DNA from: Bdellovibrionota bacterium
GTDB lineage: Bacteria > Bdellovibrionota_C > UBA2361 > CALJRW01
Length of the DNA: 64,000 bases
NCBI GenBank assembly: GCA_041740355.1
Contig: JBGSMD010000063.1
Span: forward strand, 142,612 to 206,611
Reading direction: 5' to 3'
Below the pieces are notes generated by a model, which did not search any database, was not told where the DNA came from, and saw only the letters and a list, made by a program, of their open reading frames with translations. Made by a program: the position numbers and the translations under genes. The first letter of the stretch is position 1, and each line of letters opens with the position of its first letter. Of this stretch, positions 38,459-48,594 are shown piece by piece.

Positions 38459-39288
38459 TCAACTAGATCGGCAGAATTCTTTTCGCTACGAATTTTAGGC
38501 GGTGCTACGGGCTTGGTGCGATCGTGCCCATACTCCCCATAATAATTAGTGTAATAGCGGCGGTAATGAGGGTTTACCAGATAGTTGTAAACATCCACGC
38601 TGTTGGGGTTATTAACTAGGATGCAAGCCTTACTTGGGCAACTATTACTATTAAGAATTTGTTCCGCTTCGGTGATCATGTATGAAGGAGTATCTTGCCC
38701 TCTTACAACTAACACTACAGCACTGACAACTCTACCAATAAGAGTCGCGTCAACAACTTTCATGATTGGGGCTGAATCAATTAGCACTAAATCAAAATCC
38801 GATTCTAAATCAGGAAGGATATCTAAAATAAACTCAATCCAATTTTCCTTAGGCACTACTGGAAGAATAGAAAGATCTGGAATTGGAGTATCAAAGATAT
38901 AATCACGAAGCTCAGGGCTCACAGAACTATCTTCGGGAAGAGGGCGAAGCTCGGTGTGCGAAAAGAATCTTCCTAATTGTGGCCTTCTCCAGTCGGCATC
39001 GACCAGAAGAACTTTTTGGTTATAATGCGATGCTAAAGAAATTGCTAAATTGCTAACAGTAGTGCTTTTACCATCGGCCGGTTGTGGGCTGGTAATCAGC
39101 AAGGAGCGCATGTTCTTTAATTCTTTATTGTGCAGTAAGGAGCCAGCAATTTGATTGTATTGTTGAGACACATAACAATGGGGATCGTGATAGGCAATCA
39201 ATTGTGGTGATAGTGGTGAGTTTGCAAGATCATTAATGAAATATTCTTGCGAGAAATTTTTGAAAAAATCTTTAGTTTTTTGCCACAT
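38455..39288 (-). CDS. Stand-alone bacterial tyrosine kinase (CpsD/CapB type)
   Basis: TSPQPADGKSTT Walker A, DADWRRP, LIDSAP, C-terminal Tyr cluster YNY...HYRRYYTNYYGEY. Confidence 0.92.
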   Translation of the reverse strand: MWQKTKDFFKNFSQEYFINDLANSPLSPQLIAYHDPHCYVSQQYNQIAGSLLHNKELKNMRSLLITSPQPADGKSTTVSNLAISLASHYNQKVLLVDADWRRPQLGRFFSHTELRPLPEDSSVSPELRDYIFDTPIPDLSILPVVPKENWIEFILDILPDLESDFDLVLIDSAPIMKVVDATLIGRVVSAVVLVVRGQDTPSYMITEAEQILNSNSCPSKACILVNNPNSVDVYNYLVNPHYRRYYTNYYGEYGHDRTKPVAPPKIRSEKNSADLVD

Positions 39289-39293
39289 AATAA

Positions 39294-40913
39294 TTAACTA
39301 AAATATAACCAAACAATAATTGAATAGACAGCGAGACCTGCTGCGGAAAGGTAATAAATCTTTCTCTGCTGTAATGATTTAGACTTTAGTCCAAAACTAT
39401 CCACTGCACCAAGAACGGGTTTATTAACAATCGCACTTAATTGGGCGATGGAATAAATGCGTGTATCAAACATGGCAATCACTGAAGCGATCATAAAGAG
39501 TGCGCCGAAGGTGATTGCTAACACCATAATCATTGTTGGTAATCCGGCTAAGGCGATTGGAGTTTTTGGTAATTGGGGTTGTTCAACAATTTTGACAGAG
39601 AGTCCGAATTTATCTTGGTCAATGCTATTTTCTCTTTGCATTACTGCTAGGCGCTTGGACATCTGGGCATAAGAATGAGAAGCGACAATTTTCTGACTTT
39701 CCAATTCGATTAATTTGGATTTGCGACCAGAGAGTTCTTTTAATTTGTCATCGAGGCTAACATTCTTATCATCAAATTTACTTTGGTAAGCGCGAGTAAC
39801 TTCTAATCTATCATTTAATAATTGGATTTCTTGGACTTTATCTTCAATTTTTTTTGTTTGAAGTTTTTCTAGTCTTAACTGCGCTAACTCTGTATTTTCT
39901 TTATTAAGTCCTGATTGCAGAGTTCCTAGCTTTGTTTTTTTTAAGTTGTTTAGACTTTCAATTTCTTTTGTTGCGGCTAGAACATCAGGGTGTGCCAGTA
40001 AAAAGCCTTTACTAGTTAATTCGCTTATTTCTTGCTTCTTAGCAATTAATCTTTGGTTTAAACTGGCCAATTCTGAATCTTGATTGGCATTTAAAACTTT
40101 CTCTAAATCATCGGCATTATTTAAGTATTCCTTTGATTTTAAATCAGCTTCTAATTGCTCCATTTCCTTTTTAGCAATTTCTACTTGGAATTCTAATTCA
40201 GAGACTGACTCACTAAAGTTCAAAGCTTTCTCTAAGTTTTTTTCAATGTCGTAGTTCATTGGAGCAAGATCAAGAATTTTCTCAATGCTTTGAAATTGCT
40301 TATCATGTTCCTGGAGTATTTGGAGGGGAAGTCCACTGCGTACACGAACTATGTCTTGCTCAATTTGGCTGAGCTCTACTCTTGTTTTTTCTACCTCTTG
40401 TTTAAGAAATTCCACACCAGTTTGAAGTCTATTACTCGTTACTTCCTTATTGTGCTCAACTAATTGGATTAGAGTTTCTTTTACAACTTTAAAAGCTAAG
40501 TAGGGATCGGTATTACTAAAGTCAACACTTAGAGCTTGGGGATTATCCCTTTGAAAACGAATTTGCACACCATTACGAGATCGCAGGTAAGCAATCTTGC
40601 CATTTTCGACAACTTCATTACCGATTGTTTCCGGCCAGACAGCGTTAACAATACGCTTAACTGGTTTTCCATAGAGCAGGGAGCGAGTAATTTGTACTGG
40701 TTGATCTTCAAACTTATCTAGCAGTGTAAAATATTCTTCTAGGGGAATATAGTTAGATTCAAATAAGACAATTGCTTCTGATTTAAAGATCTTAAGATTG
40801 CTGATGTAAGAAACGGTTGCAATAAAAACCATTAAAAATGGAATAATGAAACATAAATGCCAGCGACGAAAGATCGTTAATATTTTACTGACTGAAAAAT
40901 CTTGATTGTTCAT
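39294..40913 (-). CDS. Polysaccharide co-polymerase / chain-length determinant (GumC/Wzz-like)
   Basis: N-terminal TM, long coiled coil with HPDV, IVEQPQLP, TM, DTRI...PVLG, terminal TM. Confidence 0.85.
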   Translation of the reverse strand: MNNQDFSVSKILTIFRRWHLCFIIPFLMVFIATVSYISNLKIFKSEAIVLFESNYIPLEEYFTLLDKFEDQPVQITRSLLYGKPVKRIVNAVWPETIGNEVVENGKIAYLRSRNGVQIRFQRDNPQALSVDFSNTDPYLAFKVVKETLIQLVEHNKEVTSNRLQTGVEFLKQEVEKTRVELSQIEQDIVRVRSGLPLQILQEHDKQFQSIEKILDLAPMNYDIEKNLEKALNFSESVSELEFQVEIAKKEMEQLEADLKSKEYLNNADDLEKVLNANQDSELASLNQRLIAKKQEISELTSKGFLLAHPDVLAATKEIESLNNLKKTKLGTLQSGLNKENTELAQLRLEKLQTKKIEDKVQEIQLLNDRLEVTRAYQSKFDDKNVSLDDKLKELSGRKSKLIELESQKIVASHSYAQMSKRLAVMQRENSIDQDKFGLSVKIVEQPQLPKTPIALAGLPTMIMVLAITFGALFMIASVIAMFDTRIYSIAQLSAIVNKPVLGAVDSFGLKSKSLQQRKIYYLSAAGLAVYSIIVWLYFS

Positions 40914-40926
40914 GAAATTTTAAAAG

Positions 40927-42696
40927 TTATTTTTGCAGGATGACGGCTTCTGGTTGAAGATTTATATCGCTTAATCTTACCAATGCTTCCCGTATTACGG
41001 CAAGGGTATTAGATTGATCATTTGTTACTAAGAAAATTAAATCGCTATTACTAGCAACCATTTGGCTACTTACGTCAGTTGCCAAGGATCCCGCGCTAAT
41101 TAAGATGTAGTCAAAGCGATTAACAAGCGAAGTTAAGGCTTGGGTAAAGCGTGGTTTAAGTAATAATTTCTGTGCCCCTTCTTGTTCCTGGCCAATTGGC
41201 ATGATGTATAAATTATCTAACCAACTTAAGTGCAAGCAGTTAGCAATTTTTTGAGTACGACATAAATACTCCGAAAAGCCAAAAGGCTCTTTATCTAATT
41301 CAAACTGGCGAGATAACTCAAAGCTACCAAAAGAAGCATCTAGCATCAGAACCTTAGATGAATATTTAGCCATGGCAACAGCTAAATTGCTAACAACTAC
41401 AGTTTGATTAATTGATTCCTGCGGGGCAGAGAAGAATAAAATCTTCTTATTTGCCGCTTTAGCATTAATCATAATTTTTGCAGCTAGTTCATTAATTTGA
41501 TTTTGAGCTACTTGATTTTCGATACTGTTACTAAGGACCGGCACGGGTAAAGATTGCTTATTAATAATGGCAGGCAAATTACTTGGCTTCGTGAGTCCCT
41601 GCTCTCCGGCAATTAATAAAATGTTTCCGTTAACAGGATTTTTTTGAATTCGGCTACCACTTTTTCTTAAATCAATTTGTGGAAAAGAGTAAACTTTTTC
41701 AACTTTAATAGCGGACTTTAAATCCTGAACTCCAAGTACTGGATCTTTTTGGCGAAAAACTTTGTAGGCGATTGCTAAAAAGAAAAGAAGTACTACTAAG
41801 CTTGGTAAGAAAACCTTTAGCGACCAAAACCAGAACTGATTAACATTTGCTAGATAGGCTTTAGGAAGTTGGAATTGAAAATTACTATTACTATAAAGGG
41901 CAATCTGTTCTTCAAAAGTTAATTTTTTTTGATTGGCTTCGGCCAACTGGTTTTTTAAGTTGCTGATAATTGCAGTAGTTGTTGAGCTAGATGATGTATC
42001 AAGGATATGATTCTCTAAGAGGTCTTCATACTCGGGCATCTTCCGACCCATCTGTTGATACTTAATCTTAATTTCTCCTAGGACATCTTGAACTAAAGGA
42101 TGCTTAAGGGCGTAAGTGCTAGCGAGTTTTTGTAACTGAGCTAGATCTTCTGATAATTCTGATTTTAACAGCCCTTCTTCGGCAGATTTTAATTCTAAAT
42201 TCCAAGTGACAATTTGTTCGTCAATTTTTTTTAGCAGGGTTTTTAATTGACCAAGTTCAATTTCTTGTCTTTCTTTAATATTGGCTGAATTTACTTCCAC
42301 TAAACTTGCTAACTGCGCTTCTAAAACTTTACTGCCCAGTTCAAAAGGATAGTTAAATAGCTTAACATTTAAACCTTCCTTGGAAGAATTAAATTGTAAT
42401 GAATTAATTAGTGATTCCCAAGTTAGAGTAGCAGTTTTCGCTAACTCTATGGATTCAAGCTTCTGAAGTTTGATGATTGACTGTTTAACAAACTCGGGGT
42501 CTCTCCATTGTTCTTGCAAATTGAGGTCGGAACTTTTAATTTGCTCGGCTAAGCTTTGTGGTAAATCTAACGCGGCGTAAGGTTCCGATTTTCCAGAAAA
42601 AGTGAAATAGAAACCACTACAAAGTAATAAAAAGATTACAACAACTAGAGTAATATTAGATTGAATTAATTTTACAAATGCTTCTAATCTTCCCAT
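40927..42696 (-). CDS. Wzc-like co-polymerase with a degenerate (pseudo) tyrosine-kinase domain
   Basis: Two TMs flanking a coiled coil (KHPLV); kinase-like C-domain with degenerate Walker A, A' and B. Confidence 0.75.
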   Translation of the reverse strand: MGRLEAFVKLIQSNITLVVVIFLLLCSGFYFTFSGKSEPYAALDLPQSLAEQIKSSDLNLQEQWRDPEFVKQSIIKLQKLESIELAKTATLTWESLINSLQFNSSKEGLNVKLFNYPFELGSKVLEAQLASLVEVNSANIKERQEIELGQLKTLLKKIDEQIVTWNLELKSAEEGLLKSELSEDLAQLQKLASTYALKHPLVQDVLGEIKIKYQQMGRKMPEYEDLLENHILDTSSSSTTTAIISNLKNQLAEANQKKLTFEEQIALYSNSNFQFQLPKAYLANVNQFWFWSLKVFLPSLVVLLFFLAIAYKVFRQKDPVLGVQDLKSAIKVEKVYSFPQIDLRKSGSRIQKNPVNGNILLIAGEQGLTKPSNLPAIINKQSLPVPVLSNSIENQVAQNQINELAAKIMINAKAANKKILFFSAPQESINQTVVVSNLAVAMAKYSSKVLMLDASFGSFELSRQFELDKEPFGFSEYLCRTQKIANCLHLSWLDNLYIMPIGQEQEGAQKLLLKPRFTQALTSLVNRFDYILISAGSLATDVSSQMVASNSDLIFLVTNDQSNTLAVIREALVRLSDINLQPEAVILQK

Positions 42697-42716
42697 TGTA
42701 CAGCTGGTGTTAAGAA

Positions 42717-44057
42717 CTACTGATTTAGATCAACTGCCCGGTCAACGTTTGTAATTGAACCTGTTAGCTGATTAATTAAATTAACAGACTGCTCTTGGCT
42801 ATAGCGACCTGATTTACTTGGTACATAAATAATATCACCGTCTCTTAAGCGAACATCTTGTCCAGCCCAGAGGACAATTTTTTCTAAATCAACATTAAGA
42901 ATTGATTTATTAGCAAAATGGATTTCGCGATAAATATACATGTTATTAATATCGGCTGAATATGTTAAACCACGAGCAGCTGATAAAGCTGAAAGTAATG
43001 TTGGTTTAATTCCACCACCTCCTCCTCCAGAGCCTCCCATACCACCTTGATTGCTAGCAATTACTTGATAAGTTCCTCGCCCATTAACTTCGCCAAAAAT
43101 CTGAATTGTGGCTGGTGGTGGAATGTAAATGATATCTCCGGGCTTAAGGATTAATCTTAGTGGCGCTCTAGTTGCTCCTCCAAAAACTTCTTCGGTATCA
43201 ATTTCGATTCGAGCATTTGGGTCATATTTAGCAAGCAACTCTTCTTGAGTTACATTATTTTCATAAGGGTAACAGGCTTTTACACGGAACTTAGTTCCTT
43301 CAGGAGTAAACTCTCTCCCATCACAATCTTCGTTTTCAAAAGTTTTACCAACCCAGTCAGAGACTGCGAAAGAATTAAATCTTTCAATTAGGTCTTTATT
43401 AGCTTTAATATTTTGTGATCCACTAGGAGCTGGGTAAAAATGAATAACTCCACTATTAAACAAATTGCTATCTCCAACTTCTAACAGCAAATCCACTAGG
43501 GAATAATTATTACTTTTAATTGGATAAGCAGATTGAATCTTACGCTCGCTCATATTTGCGTTAACGTTATTGGAGTTCATTAACCAAACAACATTGGCGG
43601 AATAAGAAGTAACTTGAAGATCCACTTGAGGATCTACTACGTAATCAGTAACTAGTGATTCAATAAATTCGATTGCTTCTGTTTCCGTTAAGCCTGCTAA
43701 AGTAACTTTGCCCACAAATGGTAAACGAATTGATCCGTCTGGGCGAACAGTGTAGTTTTTGGAAACTTCTACAAAGTTCTTAACTGTTAAATTAACTTCA
43801 TCTCCCGCGCCAATCTGGTATAAACTTGTGGGGTTCTTAATAGCGTCTAAATCCCGATCATTGATTAAGGTCTCTAGTCTTTTTCGTTGTTCTTGCTCAT
43901 AACGATAGAACCCAGTCACTCCAACTCTTTGTTCCGCAGGATCAAAATCACCGAATTGTTCAACCAAATCTTTTCTGGAATCAATGTAACGAACACAACC
44001 TACTAAGGTACAAGCTACTAAAATTATTGATAAAAACTTAATGTTACGGGCAATCAC
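42717..44057 (-). CDS. wza: Polysaccharide export lipoprotein (Wza/Poly_export + SLBB domains)
   Basis: Lipobox LVGC; YQIGAGDE, VRPDGSIRLPFVG, LKPGDIIYIP, FGEV, LRDGDIIYVP. Confidence 0.88.
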   Translation of the reverse strand: MIARNIKFLSIILVACTLVGCVRYIDSRKDLVEQFGDFDPAEQRVGVTGFYRYEQEQRKRLETLINDRDLDAIKNPTSLYQIGAGDEVNLTVKNFVEVSKNYTVRPDGSIRLPFVGKVTLAGLTETEAIEFIESLVTDYVVDPQVDLQVTSYSANVVWLMNSNNVNANMSERKIQSAYPIKSNNYSLVDLLLEVGDSNLFNSGVIHFYPAPSGSQNIKANKDLIERFNSFAVSDWVGKTFENEDCDGREFTPEGTKFRVKACYPYENNVTQEELLAKYDPNARIEIDTEEVFGGATRAPLRLILKPGDIIYIPPPATIQIFGEVNGRGTYQVIASNQGGMGGSGGGGGGIKPTLLSALSAARGLTYSADINNMYIYREIHFANKSILNVDLEKIVLWAGQDVRLRDGDIIYVPSKSGRYSQEQSVNLINQLTGSITNVDRAVDLNQ

Positions 44058-44259
44058 GGGGCAAGAGGAATTTTAAAATTAACTAATAAGATAACAATAA
44101 TAATTAGTTATTAAGATTTCGGCAAGTTACTAAAGTGTACATATTAGTAATAAAACCTAACATAATAGCAATTATCACTTTGAGAGATAAAGAAACTATC
44201 CTTAATCATAATAAGACTTTATATTCTTCAGCAAATTACATTTATCTCGAGTTTCGTAC

Positions 44260-45342
44260 TTGTCTAAAAAATTAACGATTAAACATTTACCATGGCAAGA
44301 AGTAGAAACTTCCAGTAAACCTTGTAGCCTCTATCAAGATTTACGTTGGTTAAAAATCATTCAAGACAGTTTCGGGCACAAAGCATCCGTCCTAACAGCT
44401 CTAGAGTCAGATTTACAACTTGCCTATCTTCCAATTGTTGAATTAAAAAACCCAATTTTTGGTAACAGTCTAATATCACTGCCCTTCCTTAATGGTGGTG
44501 GTGTGTTTTTCAATCAGGTTTCCTGGCTTGCCTCAAAAGATCCCGAAGATACCCTAACTAACTCAGTTATTCAGGAGGAGATCTTTCGAGCGATAAGTCG
44601 CAAGCTTAATAATTACGATTATTTTGAACTCCGAACAAATTCTAACGAGTTAAGTAATCACCCTGACTTTATCTGCCGGGATCATAAGGTTACTTTTGTT
44701 TTAGACCTGTTACCTAACTCTGAAGAACTCTTTGAGCAGTTTTCTAAAAAACTCCGCAGTCAAATTAAGCGTCCCGAAAAATCAGCAGCTAAATTTAGGA
44801 TCCTACATGGAACTGAGATTAAACAAGCGGATCAAAAGAACTTTTACCAAGTAATTTCCAGACATTGGCGGGACTTGGGATCTCCAGTATATCCTAAAAA
44901 GTTTTTCGATTTAGTTTTTTTGGAATTTCGTGATCAGATACTCCTAAGTTTTGTTGAAATTGAAAATAAAACTTGTAGTGTCGGGCTGACAATCATCTTT
45001 GAGGATCAGGCGGAAATTTGCTGGGCGGCATCACTAAAAGAATTTAATTACGCTTCTCCCAATATGCTGCTTTACTGGGCAACAATTGAAAAACTATGCC
45101 AGCTGAAAATTAAAAAATTTGATTTTGGACGATGTACTAAAGATTCAGGAACTTACAATTTCAAAAAACAGTGGGGAGGAGAAGAGGTACAACTTTATTG
45201 GTATTACCTAAAGTCAGCTAAGAAAATCCCAAATATTAGTGCTGACAATCCTAAATTCAAACTAGCAGTTAAAATTTGGAAGTTATTACCTGTAAGCGTT
45301 GCAACTTTAATTGGAAATCGGATCAGTAAATTTTTCCCGTAA
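44260..45342 (+). CDS. FemAB-related GNAT protein, XrtA/PEP-CTERM-system type
   Basis: LISLPFLNGGG, KKLRSQIK, RDLGSPVY, SPNMLLYW, FDFGRCT..SGTYNFKKQWG, NPKF. Confidence 0.9.
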   Translation: MSKKLTIKHLPWQEVETSSKPCSLYQDLRWLKIIQDSFGHKASVLTALESDLQLAYLPIVELKNPIFGNSLISLPFLNGGGVFFNQVSWLASKDPEDTLTNSVIQEEIFRAISRKLNNYDYFELRTNSNELSNHPDFICRDHKVTFVLDLLPNSEELFEQFSKKLRSQIKRPEKSAAKFRILHGTEIKQADQKNFYQVISRHWRDLGSPVYPKKFFDLVFLEFRDQILLSFVEIENKTCSVGLTIIFEDQAEICWAASLKEFNYASPNMLLYWATIEKLCQLKIKKFDFGRCTKDSGTYNFKKQWGGEEVQLYWYYLKSAKKIPNISADNPKFKLAVKIWKLLPVSVATLIGNRISKFFP

Positions 45343-45352
45343 TCAACAAATT

Positions 45353-45862
45353 CTACTGAATATTTCTAGCGTAAACATCAGCCGCCTCAACAGGTGGCAA
45401 AGTTTCTTCTTCTAAAATATCGATATTAGAACTTAATTTGTTAGTGAAATCACTATTAGTCAATTTTTTTTTTAAATCGAGCTCGCGAATTTCAATCGAT
45501 TTTAAAGTACTAGTTGTCATCTCTAATTCTTCTAATCTTTCGACAGGGGTTGGGAGTTTTTCTAGAACTGTTTTTAAAGCTGAGTCATATGAACGGACGG
45601 TGTGAGTCAGGCCTTTATGTAAATCATAAAGACTTTCGTAAAGATCGCCAGCGATTTCTTTGTCTTTGATTAAACTCTTTCTTCGTTCTTCTAATAACTG
45701 ATCAGCTGAAGTGTCCTTGTAAGAAAGTCTAGCAATAATCATTCCAAGTAATAAACCAGAAAGAGTAGCTATCGCGAAAATCTCAAAAGGGTGGATCATC
45801 ATAAAATTGGAAAGAGTTTCAAGTTGAGACTTTAATCTACGCAATTTGTCGAGCGAATTCAA
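45353..45862 (-). CDS. Hypothetical single-TM coiled-coil protein
   Basis: Hydrophobic segment followed by a helical region; true start may be the MMIHP ATG near 45802. Confidence 0.6.
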   Translation of the reverse strand: MNSLDKLRRLKSQLETLSNFMMIHPFEIFAIATLSGLLLGMIIARLSYKDTSADQLLEERRKSLIKDKEIAGDLYESLYDLHKGLTHTVRSYDSALKTVLEKLPTPVERLEELEMTTSTLKSIEIRELDLKKKLTNSDFTNKLSSNIDILEEETLPPVEAADVYARNIQ

Positions 45863-45950
45863 GATTAATTTTGCTTCTGCCTAATAATTATCAAGGAGAG
45901 CATGGCAAGATTTGTCTTATATTGCTTTCTTTTCCGGAGACTCCTCCGCC

Positions 45951-46040
45951 GACAAGTCAGCCTATCTCTCAGCCGACTTGTCCGCCGAAGCTTTAGCGAA
46001 GGTGGAAGCTTTAACTAAGATGTAAGCCTAGGGAAGCAGA
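45951..46040. repeat. REP-like palindrome cluster with degenerate 18-bp tandem units
   Basis: GACAAGTCAG/CCGACTTGTC inverted pair; TCCGCC-GAAGCTTTAGCGAA-GGTGGA hairpin; units GAAGCTTTAGCGAAGGTG (45987), GAAGCTTTAACTAAGATG (46005) and a weaker third (46023). Confidence 0.6.
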
Positions 46041-46041
46041 A

Positions 46042-48489
46042 TTATTCTTCCAGATTCCAATAATTAGTCTCTTCCTCAGTTTCAGATTTAGCTTCCGTCT
46101 TCGTCCCCGGTAAATAGTACTCATGCACCGCACCAGGAGTCTTCTCTGTAACTACCTGCCCACTGTGTTTGCTAACCCAATAATCTTCTAGTCCAGGAGG
46201 CGGAATAAAATCGGCAATTTTTGTTTTAGGATTGGCTGTGGGATTTGCTTCAAAGTTCACACTTTTTGCTTGTTCCAGTTCTTGCGCGGAAATGCCATCA
46301 CGAGCTTCTAAAAATGTTTTCATGAAATTTAACCAGATCGGAACTGCCGAAGACCCCCCGGTCTCACGAGCTCCAATAATTCGTTTGACATCAAATCCCA
46401 CCCAAACACCACAGGCGAACTCAGGTGTAAAACCAACAAACCAAGTATCCATATTTTTATTTGAAGTTCCTGTTTTGCCTGCCGCTGGACGCTTCAACTC
46501 TTTGACTTTCCAACCAGTTCCACTTTCCACAACACCACGCATCATGTTGGCCATAATAAAGGCAACTTTTTCGTCAATTACTTGGCGGAAGTTTTGATCA
46601 GTATTGTCATCATGATTATAAACAATCGTACCATCACGATCCACGATCTTCTTAACAAAGACGCTATCAAATAAAAATCCACCGGCAGGAAAAACTCCAT
46701 AGGCACGAGTGAGTTCTAGTGGAGTTACTTCACTACTACCCAAAGACAAGGATAAGTTTTGTCCCATCGGACTTGTGATTCCCATGGACTTGGCATAACG
46801 AATAACAGGGTCAATACCAATGCGCGACATAATATCAGCCGACACTAGGTTACGAGATTTCTCCAGAGCAACTCGCAAGGTGATTGCTCCCATGTAAGTT
46901 TTATCAAAATTAGCCGGCTGCCAAACTTGAGTACCGACACGGAAAACTCGCGGTTCGTCATAAACAAAAGTTGAGGGAGTATAATTAAATCCATCAACTG
47001 CGGCTAAGTAGACAATCGGTTTAAAAGCAGATCCTGGCTGACGAAGTGCTTGTGTAGCACGGTTAAAAACACTTTGCTCAAAATCATATCCACCAACTGT
47101 GGCCAAAACATCACCATTATGCGGATTAAGGAAAACTAAAGCAGCCTCCACTTTTGGAGTTTGATCTAATTGTAAAGAATTATCGGGAATAGCAACTTTA
47201 TCTGCCACACCCACCTCTGGTAATAACTTATCAAGGTTAGCGGTAGTTTTTTGCGAGACTTCAATCACATCCCCAACTCTAAGATGTTTATTTAAAACCA
47301 CCCAAGTAGATCGGTCATCCTTATTAAGTAATTTTTTAGCCCAGGCGCTTTCTTTTAAATTAATACTACCAACAAAGTTTCCTAAATCAACCTTAACAAC
47401 TTCGCCTTCAATTTTTCTAATTAAGGCTGGGTAAGTCATGTCGGGGGCAATTGTTTGAGTAAATTTTTCAGCATACTTAGCTTTAAATTTTTCCTCTTCT
47501 GTTCCCAGATCAAAACGATCTAGTGGCCCCATCCAGCCACGACGCTTATCAACTTCACGGAGTCCATTCCTTACAGCCGTGCGGGCATAATCTTGTGCTT
47601 GTAAATTAACAGCCGTGTATACTTTTAAACCATCTCGCTTTAGATCGTATTGCGGCCATTTCTCTGGAAAGAGTCGCAGTACTTCCGTTACATAGTAATT
47701 TGCTTGACGAATTTTTCCGGCACGATTTAATTTAACTTCAATCGGGTAATCAACAGCTTCCTGATATTCCTTTTGATTTAAAAAGTTATGCTTTAACATT
47801 TGCTCAAGCACATAAGTTTGGCGTTTCTTAGCTAAGTCAAAATTACTAACTGGAGAATAACGAGAAGGAGCTTGGGGTAATCCGGCAAGAATTGCCGCTT
47901 CTGCTACATGTAAATCCTTCGCTGTCTTTTGAAAGTAGACTTGAGAAGCTGCTTCTAAGCCGTATGCAGTATTACCAAAGAAAATTTGATTTAAATACAA
48001 CTCTAAAATCTGGTTTTTAGTTAAACTATTTTCAATTTCAAAAGCAAGAATTGCTTCTTTAATCTTACGTTCTAACTTCTTCTCATTTGATAGTAGTAAA
48101 TTTTTAACAACCTGTTGAGTAATAGTAGATCCACCTTGCTTTACCGAACCTTCCTGAATATTTTTAATTAAGGCACGCAAAATACTCATCAAGTCAATTC
48201 CAGGATGAGTGTAAAAAGCAGCATCTTCGGCCGCCAAGAAAGCATTGATTACACTTTTTGGTACATCTTCTATGTTTACAGGATAACGACGATCTTCATA
48301 CTCTTCGGCAATCAGCACACCTTCCGAATCATAAATCATGGAAGCCGCATCGGGCTCGTAACTATTTAGTCCTTCAAACTTTGGTAAGTCTCTTGAATAA
48401 TAGTTATACCCCCAATAAGCAACCCCAGCACCAAGAGCTGCTCCACCAATGATCAAAAGGAATAAGAAGATTAATAATTTTTTAAACAT
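46042..48489 (-). CDS. mrcA: Penicillin-binding protein 1A (class A PBP)
   Basis: AAED..F..H.G, GGSTITQQVVK, RKIKE; SAFK, SRN, KTGT transpeptidase motifs; OB-like insert. Confidence 0.95.
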   Translation of the reverse strand: MFKKLLIFLFLLIIGGAALGAGVAYWGYNYYSRDLPKFEGLNSYEPDAASMIYDSEGVLIAEEYEDRRYPVNIEDVPKSVINAFLAAEDAAFYTHPGIDLMSILRALIKNIQEGSVKQGGSTITQQVVKNLLLSNEKKLERKIKEAILAFEIENSLTKNQILELYLNQIFFGNTAYGLEAASQVYFQKTAKDLHVAEAAILAGLPQAPSRYSPVSNFDLAKKRQTYVLEQMLKHNFLNQKEYQEAVDYPIEVKLNRAGKIRQANYYVTEVLRLFPEKWPQYDLKRDGLKVYTAVNLQAQDYARTAVRNGLREVDKRRGWMGPLDRFDLGTEEEKFKAKYAEKFTQTIAPDMTYPALIRKIEGEVVKVDLGNFVGSINLKESAWAKKLLNKDDRSTWVVLNKHLRVGDVIEVSQKTTANLDKLLPEVGVADKVAIPDNSLQLDQTPKVEAALVFLNPHNGDVLATVGGYDFEQSVFNRATQALRQPGSAFKPIVYLAAVDGFNYTPSTFVYDEPRVFRVGTQVWQPANFDKTYMGAITLRVALEKSRNLVSADIMSRIGIDPVIRYAKSMGITSPMGQNLSLSLGSSEVTPLELTRAYGVFPAGGFLFDSVFVKKIVDRDGTIVYNHDDNTDQNFRQVIDEKVAFIMANMMRGVVESGTGWKVKELKRPAAGKTGTSNKNMDTWFVGFTPEFACGVWVGFDVKRIIGARETGGSSAVPIWLNFMKTFLEARDGISAQELEQAKSVNFEANPTANPKTKIADFIPPPGLEDYWVSKHSGQVVTEKTPGAVHEYYLPGTKTEAKSETEEETNYWNLEE

Positions 48490-48594
48490 AGGAACTAATT
48501 TATTTCTAACAATATTATGACTGTAATTCTCAAATAAGCTAAAGCTTTTTATTTACAAGCATCTTTAATTTGAGATCCTGCAAATCCTAAACAG

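Noticed and set aside
6776-45342. Exosortase or PEP-CTERM substrate genes
   Set aside because: Several genes are of the XrtA-associated type, but no exosortase or PEP-CTERM tail was found in this window.
45987-46040. Mini CRISPR array
   Set aside because: Units are contiguous and degenerate with no spacers; no cas genes in the window.
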